Shown here: one piece after another, positions 56,819-64,000 of the stretch
Layout: each line of letters begins with the position of its first letter
Numbering within the stretch: position 1 is the stretch's first letter
Source: a virus
Lineage: Duplodnaviria; Caudoviricetes
Virus record (IMG/VR): IMGVR_UViG_3300022074_000031
Span: 1,322-65,321 of that record
Reading direction: 5' to 3' (one strand)
DNA length: 64,000 nucleotides
Position numbers and translations under genes: made by a program
The notes under the pieces: model-generated
Databases searched by the model: none
Told to the model about the DNA's origin: nothing
What the model saw: the letters and a program-made list of their open reading frames with translations, nothing else

Positions 56819-58464
56819 GGTATCCTCCTTTCATTTCTTGTATCAACATTTTGATTTCCGGCCTCTCTCGGTAGTCCGGCCATTCGCTTATCTGGCCCTA
56901 CGCTCATTCTACTTTTATTTCTTGTGGCCGGGGGGTTCTCTTGAGGTTTTGCACCGCCGGTTTCTGCAAACATTCTCGTTTGTTCGTCTAAATCTCTCTG
57001 GTCTAAATTAGAGCCGGCCAACGGGTCTTGTTTCGCCGGTTCTCCCTCTGATTTAGGAGGTGCTGATTCTTCAGGTTGCGGTTCCGGCTTCTTAAAAGTA
57101 AAGTTGCCGTCCTCATCCATATCAACTTCAAATCCGAGATTTTTAGTAGAAGCCGCAATATTAACTTCAATTTCACGCTTACGAAGAACAGCAATTTCGT
57201 CTTCTTCCTCGCTTGGAGGCAATTTTAAATCCCAATCTGTGATACCAAATTGTTTCGTTAGGAATGGAAATACGTAATTGTTGTAAACATTCTGCGCCAT
57301 TTGAACAGCCCTATTGGTAACGAGAATTTGCATACCTTCGTTATTTAACCCGCCGCTTGTGGTATTATCGGCCATGAAGACTTTGCTCACACCATAGAAA
57401 GCAGATATTCTGTCTCTTAAATCATCCTTGACGGAGACATAATCCATTTCTTTGAGGCTGTCCATAAATTTAATCCACTCAACAGAACCCTTTCCACCTT
57501 CTGCTTCAATGCCCATCACAGGAATAAAATGCGGGTCAGTTTCCATCTTTTCTTTAACAGAACGCCAGAAAGAGCGCATCGAATCCATGTTTCGTGTTTG
57601 CACCGCTAAAAGTCCCCGAGGCATACGGCTTTTCGTGTAGGAGGAATTTACATAATTCTCCATAGCAAGAAGAGTTGTGATGTGATTATAGAGGGTGATA
57701 ACGGGCGATAGTCCGTACAGGCGGGAAGGACTATACTTGCTGAAATGAAGCACCTCTCCCTTGATAAAGTGCTGGTCTTTGCCTCCGACACGATTCACAT
57801 AATGAACGGGGTGGGTAGTGCTTCCGCATTTGTCGCATCGCTCATGCGGCTCAACAGAAAAAAACTCTCTGTGATTTACACAAGTAAAACCTTTTGTCCC
57901 CCTCTGGCCCAATTCATCGGAATAAATAGCCATAGTAACTGGGTCGCCGCGATAGAGTTCTTTTACTCGGTGCATTCTAATTTTTTGATTTCCGTCAATG
58001 AAGTATTCTTTGACAAGGACGATGTAAGCATCATCCATAATGTTCAAGTCGTCTTCAAGTTCTTTAAATACATCAATGAATAATTGTTCTGCTTTGTTGA
58101 CATAACCCTCAATAAACTTCTCAGCATATTTCAATTGGCCGACATCAGGAACCTTCAAGTCTCTACTTCCGCACCGGGAACATTCGATAACTGGTCTTTT
58201 ATGTTCCTTTTCACAATTATTGCATCTTGCCTCGTATGCCTTTTCCCAAACATATCCTCTTCTAAAGATTTCCTGTTTAAGTTGAGTGATACAGGTTCTC
58301 GCAATAACTGAATTTTGAACAATGTGGTAAATAATGGGAGCGGTCATTAGGTTATTCTGTTGCCTTTCTTGAATACCTATATTGTAAATGGACCTATCCT
58401 CTGGTTTTGGAGTTGTTCTCCTAAATAAATTGGTAAAACTGAAACGGCGTTTCTCTTCAACCAT
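56815..58464 (-). CDS. portal protein with Zn-finger insertions
   Basis: DLNIMDDAYIV, EVLH...YGLSP, NSSY...PRGLL, ISAFYGVS pattern of HK97-type portals; downstream of terminase. Confidence 0.88.
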   Translation of the reverse strand: MVEEKRRFSFTNLFRRTTPKPEDRSIYNIGIQERQQNNLMTAPIIYHIVQNSVIARTCITQLKQEIFRRGYVWEKAYEARCNNCEKEHKRPVIECSRCGSRDLKVPDVGQLKYAEKFIEGYVNKAEQLFIDVFKELEDDLNIMDDAYIVLVKEYFIDGNQKIRMHRVKELYRGDPVTMAIYSDELGQRGTKGFTCVNHREFFSVEPHERCDKCGSTTHPVHYVNRVGGKDQHFIKGEVLHFSKYSPSRLYGLSPVITLYNHITTLLAMENYVNSSYTKSRMPRGLLAVQTRNMDSMRSFWRSVKEKMETDPHFIPVMGIEAEGGKGSVEWIKFMDSLKEMDYVSVKDDLRDRISAFYGVSKVFMADNTTSGGLNNEGMQILVTNRAVQMAQNVYNNYVFPFLTKQFGITDWDLKLPPSEEEDEIAVLRKREIEVNIAASTKNLGFEVDMDEDGNFTFKKPEPQPEESAPPKSEGEPAKQDPLAGSNLDQRDLDEQTRMFAETGGAKPQENPPATRNKSRMSVGPDKRMAGLPREAGNQNVDTRNERRIP

Positions 58465-58518
58465 GCTCGCCGCCCTCTCTCATGTGCCTACAAGGAACCC
58501 TCTTTATGAAGATGCCCC

Positions 58519-58689
58519 TCAATATGGCTTAGTCCAATGCTTGGCCTGTTCTATTTGACATGTCAAGCAGAGGTCGCTTATTCTGCTAGATTTTTTACAT
58601 TTTCTGCAAACAGTAGCGAATCTAATTTTCTTAGGTAGTTTTTTTCTCACCTTATGTTTGAAAATATTGTAGTGTTGGCGAGGCATCAT
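58519..58689 (-). CDS. small basic zinc-finger protein
   Basis: MMPRQHY...CRKC...CLTC..., 56 aa, ATGA overlap; not in ORF track. Confidence 0.6.
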   Translation of the reverse strand: MMPRQHYNIFKHKVRKKLPKKIRFATVCRKCKKSSRISDLCLTCQIEQAKHWTKPY

Positions 58690-60296
58690 TCATCACCCGT
58701 TGGATAAACCGCACCCAATCTCCTACCAAACTGTTCGTTCCATGTTCTTAACCATGCTTTTAATTCCCTACCCTCGGGCGCATAACCTAACGTCCTACCC
58801 CTTGGCGTGGTGATTAATTCTAAATGCTCCTTATCACTAAATCCTTCGCCTGATAATCCAGCATCCTCTCTCGCTCTGTTTGATTGCCAAGCCCAATTTC
58901 TATATGTCAAATAATCTACAATGTCTTCTGGTTCATTCTTAATAATTGTTCCAATTTGTTCCATAGAATCCATCACAGACATTTTACAATTATCTTTATA
59001 TTTTTGAATATCATCAAGATTAATGTTTTCCTTTGACCAATCAAACCCAACATGGTCTTTATGGTTTTCCCACTTCATTAATTTGAAAATTTCATCGCAA
59101 CGGTTTTTATACCAATCGCTTTTCTTGTATGATTTTTTCATGCGAATTAATTCCAATAATAAATTTGCGTTGCCTTTTTTCAACCTGAAGTGCGGTAAGC
59201 ACTTTGTTAGAAGATTGGCCACATCATTTTGAGAGTAAAAGTTTAGGCGATTAATTAGCCGAGTATCCTGCGGAGATTTTTGGTCAAGATGCATACGGCC
59301 AAATCCGATTGATTTATACATTTCTTGCATGAAAGCCTTACCTCTTTCCCCCGTAGCAACTAATCCAACTCTCGGGTTCATTTTTCGGTCGAGTGTGATG
59401 TAGCCATCAGAGTCAATAAATGCCGCCGTATATGCCCAAATATTTTTCTTAATTTCGTCGGGCATTTTGTAAAATGCACCGTTAACAGAAACAATTCCAA
59501 GTTTCTTAATTTCATTTGAAATGACCTTGGGGCTTGAGGCTTTGTGTAAATCGGTGGGCATCATGTCATGTATCATTCTTGCACCAATTCCATGGTTTTC
59601 ACAAACAGCCTTTAGAATAAAATCTCTTTGTTTTTCTTTCTTTGACTTTACCAAAGATTGATTGCTGATTTTAGTTATTGTTTCTCGAAAAGACCTTTTA
59701 GCCTTTTTCATCTCCTTTGAAAGCAGAGCATAGTCCTTTCCATAAACCATATCGTTCTGTTGCGTTTCTGCTTCCCAGTATTTACAAAGTGAATCAACTA
59801 CTTTTCTTCTCTGCTCTGTTGATTTCATCTTATGCAACTTTCGCAAATCCTTTTCGTTAAAACGCATTTTAAGAAGAGAGTTCTTGTATGGAGCGAGCCA
59901 ATAAATTGAATCAATGCACTTAAATAAGTGGTCGGAGTAGGCATCTATCATTGTATCAATGGCCTTTGCCATGTTGTCTCGATTGTCTCCTTTTAGTTTT
60001 CTTCTGGACATTCGCATTTGTTTGATAAGGTCGGGAATATTTTTTTCTTCAACCGTATATTCTTGAGGAAAATCATCAAGCATTTTTCTTGCTTCACTCG
60101 CATTTATTTTCAGAACATCGCAAAGGGTATTTATTTCTTCATATTCGGACATGACAAAATCTGAATAAAGGGCTTTAAAGACCTCCGCATCAACATCTCT
60201 GTTTGCCTCTTCTTTAATTTCTTCTTCTCTTCTTTGAAGTTCGGCTAACTCCCTCGCCTTCTCAGAGATTTTGTCATATTGCTCTGCTGTCGGCAT
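58686..60296 (-). CDS. LAGLIDADG endonuclease-domain protein with long helical N-terminus
   Basis: YTAAFIDSDGYI...LLTKCLPHFRLKK in the C-terminal half. Confidence 0.8.
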   Translation of the reverse strand: MPTAEQYDKISEKARELAELQRREEEIKEEANRDVDAEVFKALYSDFVMSEYEEINTLCDVLKINASEARKMLDDFPQEYTVEEKNIPDLIKQMRMSRRKLKGDNRDNMAKAIDTMIDAYSDHLFKCIDSIYWLAPYKNSLLKMRFNEKDLRKLHKMKSTEQRRKVVDSLCKYWEAETQQNDMVYGKDYALLSKEMKKAKRSFRETITKISNQSLVKSKKEKQRDFILKAVCENHGIGARMIHDMMPTDLHKASSPKVISNEIKKLGIVSVNGAFYKMPDEIKKNIWAYTAAFIDSDGYITLDRKMNPRVGLVATGERGKAFMQEMYKSIGFGRMHLDQKSPQDTRLINRLNFYSQNDVANLLTKCLPHFRLKKGNANLLLELIRMKKSYKKSDWYKNRCDEIFKLMKWENHKDHVGFDWSKENINLDDIQKYKDNCKMSVMDSMEQIGTIIKNEPEDIVDYLTYRNWAWQSNRAREDAGLSGEGFSDKEHLELITTPRGRTLGYAPEGRELKAWLRTWNEQFGRRLGAVYPTGDE

Positions 60297-60305
60297 AGGC
60301 TCACC

Positions 60306-61730
60306 TCAAAAATTCAAACCGATTCCACGGTAGCCTGTCCTTACAGGTTTCGCATCCTCAAAGAGTCCCAAATCATCAAGGAGTATGAAGTTATCCGATG
60401 CTTGGTAAGTAGCCGCATTCGCTAAGGCAAGGCTCATCACCATATCATCATGTGCGCCGACACCCTCAAACTTTCCTCTCTCGGTAATGGCAAACATAGA
60501 CAACTCTTCGATTAGCGCGGATGAAACGCGGCGACTCTCCTCATTTCCATACGGAAAATTCATTTTTGAGTTTTCTAAAGTCATTTGCAGATTAAGAATA
60601 ATTTCTTGCTTCTTTTTGCGAGTGGTGTTGAAGTCGTGAACATTGAGGTCAGCAACCTGTCTTAATTCTTGTGTGAACGATTTAGCAAAGGTGTTTGTTT
60701 CAAAAAGAATTGCCTCCGGTCTAAACATCTGACCAATGATTTTGACCTTCTGTATATTTTCTCGGAACTGAACATTCTTTGCCCGGTCAATATACACAAT
60801 TGATTTATTTTCATTCTCATCCATTTCAAGAACAGTAATCACATTGTAGTCTCCATCCGTCGAAATAGCGGGGTCAACCCCAACAAAGTATTTCATTCCT
60901 TCTCTGCGATGTGGTTTTAGAACCAAGTCCTTATTCTTTGCCGCATCTAAATATTCTGGATTGAACAGAGAGGTTCCCGTTGAAATAGGAACGCACATAT
61001 ATTCTCGGGTGAACATCATTGAGCCGACTTCTGCTTTACGGGCCATCAATGCTTCATAGTTCCAACGGTCAGGCCATAGAGGTTCATTGAGTGAATTTAA
61101 ACATGGGTATGTTCTAACCGTGTACGCTGGATTTTCTGCCAGTTGTTGATAAATGTCGGTGTATGAGAAAGGCGTCCCAATAACTCTAAGAGATGCCGTG
61201 TGGTGAAGCGTGGGAATCATATCACCATAAAACCAATCCGTTACTTTTTGGATACCAGTCATACTGAATTCTTTTAGAGGGTCGTCAATAACGATTTCTT
61301 GAGGGTGCAAACCACGAATCTGCGAGCCAACAGAACGCTCAAGGATTTGGTTTCCATTGGTGAGAGTAATGTTTCCGATAGCCCAACCCCTTGCAGGTTT
61401 GAATTTCTTGAGCATGGGATGGGTGAACATTTTGTCAATGTCCCTCATGTGAACGAGAGTCTGCTTTTGGTTAGAAGAAATGTAAAGCATTTGAAAGGGT
61501 GGCTCCTCAAAGATAAGTTTCCACACAACCCATGAATGCATAAACACTGATTTACCGTGGTCGCGTGAACAGATAATAACTGTTCTTTGGGTGTTGTTCA
61601 TTAACTCATGCCATTCTTGAATGTAGGAAGGGAAGTCAAAACCAAGAACATTTTGAAAGAAATAAGGGAATGAATTTTTGGATAACTTCATATCCATTTC
61701 ATGTTCAAAGTTAAACGTATCTAATTCCAT
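60306..61730 (-). CDS. terL: terminase large subunit
   Basis: Walker A SRDHGKS, IRGLHP, Walker B IVIDD, IGTP, nuclease GVDPA and HDDMVMSLALA. Confidence 0.93.
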   Translation of the reverse strand: MELDTFNFEHEMDMKLSKNSFPYFFQNVLGFDFPSYIQEWHELMNNTQRTVIICSRDHGKSVFMHSWVVWKLIFEEPPFQMLYISSNQKQTLVHMRDIDKMFTHPMLKKFKPARGWAIGNITLTNGNQILERSVGSQIRGLHPQEIVIDDPLKEFSMTGIQKVTDWFYGDMIPTLHHTASLRVIGTPFSYTDIYQQLAENPAYTVRTYPCLNSLNEPLWPDRWNYEALMARKAEVGSMMFTREYMCVPISTGTSLFNPEYLDAAKNKDLVLKPHRREGMKYFVGVDPAISTDGDYNVITVLEMDENENKSIVYIDRAKNVQFRENIQKVKIIGQMFRPEAILFETNTFAKSFTQELRQVADLNVHDFNTTRKKKQEIILNLQMTLENSKMNFPYGNEESRRVSSALIEELSMFAITERGKFEGVGAHDDMVMSLALANAATYQASDNFILLDDLGLFEDAKPVRTGYRGIGLNF

Positions 61731-61736
61731 TCCAAT

Positions 61737-62300
61737 TCATTCCCCAGACATCCTTTTTCTTCTTTCTTCTAGTTCCTTTGCCATTTGCTTACCTTCGGAC
61801 ACCATATCATCTACAATATCATTATAGTCATACTCAAGGTCAGTACTTTGGCTTATTATTAGTCCGTCAGGAGTATTTCTTTCAAGTCCCGTTAACCTAT
61901 CTATTACTGAGTTTATCGGGCCAAATCGTAATAATTCATTTGGTGCTTCTGTTCTATATGCTTGAATTTCAAGAACTAGTGATTCTTCAAGCCATTCTCT
62001 CAAATAACGGTCTTTAAAACTATTTGCTGCGGATATTAACTCTTCTATATTTTCTCTATCCTCTTCATATTTTTCGGCTAAAATCTTTAAATCACTTAAA
62101 GAAATTGTTGCTCTAAAATCGCCCTGCGTTGCACCCATCAACTGCCCCCTGTGCGTTTCTTCGTGTATGATACTTCTTAGCGCACTATCAAAATCAAACT
62201 TTGGGCCTAAATATATTTCATCGTCGGCAGGATTATATGCCGCCGATTGCGGAGGCATATTCCTATCAAAACGAATTTTGATAATATCAAACCAATCCAT
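61737..62300 (-). CDS. zincin-like (HExxH) protein with WxxIIK leader
   Basis: MDWFDIIK..., AAYNP..DEIYL...IIHEETH...EIQAY. Confidence 0.65.
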   Translation of the reverse strand: MDWFDIIKIRFDRNMPPQSAAYNPADDEIYLGPKFDFDSALRSIIHEETHRGQLMGATQGDFRATISLSDLKILAEKYEEDRENIEELISAANSFKDRYLREWLEESLVLEIQAYRTEAPNELLRFGPINSVIDRLTGLERNTPDGLIISQSTDLEYDYNDIVDDMVSEGKQMAKELEERRKRMSGE

Positions 62301-62554
62301 CACGAATCCCTTGCACTTCTAAAAATATTCGCAAAGGCTCCTTCAATATTAGAAACTCTTGCTTCAAAACCTAAAAGTAATCTCTTAAGTTCTTCTAAAT
62401 CAACATTCTCTCCACCGACAAATTCATATACGATTTCTTTCATATCGTTAATAATGTCAACCATGTTTCCCAATTGTTGGACTAATTCTCGGCCATCTTG
62501 TTTTAGTCTATCTTCTGTCATTTTACTAACCATTTTTACGACCCCTTCTTCCAT
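62300..62554 (-). CDS. hypothetical coiled-coil protein
   Basis: 84 aa ORF; true start probably MVSKM. Confidence 0.55.
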   Translation of the reverse strand: MEEGVVKMVSKMTEDRLKQDGRELVQQLGNMVDIINDMKEIVYEFVGGENVDLEELKRLLLGFEARVSNIEGAFANIFRSARDS

Positions 62555-62868
62555 TTCTTGCTCTTTGACTTGGTTTTACTCGAACTCCATTTTACTTTAT
62601 CCGCCCAATATGCCGCAGAAAGTTTGCCCCTCTTGATGTTCTTAGCATGGCGAGATTTGAACGCTCTCCGCTGTCCAGCAGTTTGATTTGTTTTTACTCC
62701 TTGTTGCCCAAAGCGAATTGTCTTGGCTTTCTTTCCTTCTCTTGCTACGACAATATGAGATTTTTTTGGGTGCTTTGGTGTTCTTTTTGGTTTGTTAAAA
62801 CCCGAAACTCCTGCCCGTTTTAGGCGAGGGTCTTTTTTTCTTTTGAGAACATTTTGCCAATCATTCAT
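62536..62868 (-). CDS. basic viral protein (IRFGQQG...FKSRH...SAAYWA type) with WxxVLK leader
   Basis: Very Lys/Arg-rich; motif pattern seen in uncharacterised phage proteins. Confidence 0.7.
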   Translation of the reverse strand: MNDWQNVLKRKKDPRLKRAGVSGFNKPKRTPKHPKKSHIVVAREGKKAKTIRFGQQGVKTNQTAGQRRAFKSRHAKNIKRGKLSAAYWADKVKWSSSKTKSKSKKWKKGS

Positions 62869-62873
62869 AAGCA

Positions 62874-63275
62874 TCACCTGTTAATATAATCTAGCATCGT
62901 CATAGAAATATTAGATTTGTAGAAGTTTCCAACCTCTTGCATAATTCTATCAACGGCCTTAGAACGGCTATGGGTGTCCATGTGCAGAGCAAGAACCCCG
63001 TTAGATTGGACATGAAAAATCACTAGAATAGAAACCTTTGGACTATCAACAAAAGCATACATTTGATTCGTATGTTCTAGCCATCTTGTTGCTTCTGCTT
63101 CTTTGTGCAACTCTTCTAATTTATCTCTCAACAGTTCAAGCCCTCTATCCATAACAGAGCGTGAAGGAAAACTATCCTCATATTCTTCTCTAATGGGAAT
63201 TTCTTCTCTATCTTCTGAATGAAGATGGCTTCGCATTCTTCTTTGCATTTTAAGTATGGTTTTCCAATTATTCAT
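62874..63275 (-). CDS. hypothetical protein with WxxILK leader
   Basis: MNNWKTILK... Confidence 0.65.
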   Translation of the reverse strand: MNNWKTILKMQRRMRSHLHSEDREEIPIREEYEDSFPSRSVMDRGLELLRDKLEELHKEAEATRWLEHTNQMYAFVDSPKVSILVIFHVQSNGVLALHMDTHSRSKAVDRIMQEVGNFYKSNISMTMLDYINR

Positions 63276-63843
63276 AAGCATCACCTAACATATATCCCAA
63301 TTTCTTTCCCGCTTGAATATCGCTTGGGTAATGACTTCCCATTTGCATTCTTGATAGTGAGATTTTATCAGCCATCTTTTTCAGTTCATTTTTCTTTTCG
63401 GGGAACCTTTTGCCTAATACTCTTTCCAAACCATGCGCCAACATGGAGTGTCCACTGGGAAACGCTGGTGTGTCGTCGGTTTTAGTCTTTGTTGTTGAAA
63501 TTTTGTCGGAGATTTCGTAGGGGCGTGGTCGCTGATATTTCATTTTGAGAGACAAAGCATAATAGTTTATGTCTTTCATAAAATCCATGTATTCTTTTTT
63601 ATCAACACCAACGATTTTAAACATTTCAACATCGGGTTTCAAATCAGCATCTTTCATTTGCTTTGGGTCTAATTCTTTCTTCTCCATGACTTTCAAGATA
63701 GACGGAATCTCCGACTCTTCTTTTGGATAACTCATCTTAGGAATATCTAATTTAAGTTTTGGGCTTCGCTGAAGTATCTTCTTTTTCTTTGAAGAAAGTG
63801 TTCCTTGCCACTTTTCTTTCTTAAGAATAGAAAACCAATTCAT
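63268..63843 (-). CDS. PAP2-superfamily phosphatase with WxxILK leader
   Basis: KMKYQRPRP, FPSGHS, SRMQMGSHYPSD = the three PAP2 motifs; N-terminus MNWFSILK. Confidence 0.85.
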   Translation of the reverse strand: MNWFSILKKEKWQGTLSSKKKKILQRSPKLKLDIPKMSYPKEESEIPSILKVMEKKELDPKQMKDADLKPDVEMFKIVGVDKKEYMDFMKDINYYALSLKMKYQRPRPYEISDKISTTKTKTDDTPAFPSGHSMLAHGLERVLGKRFPEKKNELKKMADKISLSRMQMGSHYPSDIQAGKKLGYMLGDAYE

Positions 63844-63847
63844 AAAA

Positions 63848-64000
63848 TCACTTCGGCTTGTGCGTATAAATGTCTCCATCTTTGTGCATAAAGATTTTAC
63901 CTTCCTCTTCTAATTTAGATAGTGCTGCTTTAATCTGCGATTCATCACCAAATTGTTTCAAGTTCTTCATTCCCAATGCTCCGCCTTCTTTTTTAATTTC
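63848..64000 (-). CDS. partial hypothetical protein (wHTH-like), truncated by window edge
   Basis: Open frame EIKKEGGALG...IKAALSKLEEEGKIF...KPK to TGA at 63848. Confidence 0.6.
   Translation of the reverse strand, partial: EIKKEGGALGMKNLKQFGDESQIKAALSKLEEEGKIFMHKDGDIYTHKPK

Noticed and set aside
24990-63485. Many plus-strand ORFs in the structural arm (e.g. 40784-41413, 30750-31253)
   Set aside because: Antisense shadows of the long minus-strand genes, arising from codon bias
1-64000. Cellular archaeal chromosome or integrated provirus
   Set aside because: No ribosomal or metabolic housekeeping operons, integrase or att junction seen; the whole window is a two-arm viral layout

Overview
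This window is most of the genome of a tailed (Caudoviricetes, HK97-fold) archaeal virus. Its gene content closely matches the 'magroviruses' associated with Marine Group II Euryarchaeota/Poseidoniales; this is inferred from content only, no search was run. There are two convergent arms. The + strand (1-24772) is a tightly overlapping replication/host-takeover arm: TFB, MazG-like pyrophosphatase, ThiF/E1-like enzyme, JAB protease, GroES/GroEL, PC4, two histone-fold proteins, ATP-dependent ligase, RFC-like clamp loader subunits, SSB, RecA/Sak4-like ATPase, sliding clamp, a split family-B DNA polymerase, Cas4-like nuclease, PriS-PriL primase, ERCC4 nuclease, MCM-like helicase and DEDD exonuclease. 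It ends in a hairpin/T-tract terminator. The - strand (24947-64000) is the morphogenesis arm: terminase, LAGLIDADG-domain protein, portal, a second large ligase, prohead protease/scaffold, major capsid protein, adaptor, tail tube, frameshifting tail chaperones, tape measure, baseplate and fibre genes. Main findings: (1) a candidate viral ubiquitin-like conjugation cluster (E1-like ThiF, JAB, a possible E2-like protein, and a protein ending RLRGG-EE); (2) an Arf/Sar-like small GTPase with membrane proteins inside the virion arm; (3) seven unrelated late-arm proteins sharing an N-terminal W-x-x-[IV]-[IL]-K leader that may be a capsid-targeting/protease signal; (4) two viral histone folds. No tRNA, rRNA, CRISPR array, intein or transposase was recognised. 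All protein calls come from motif recognition by eye.
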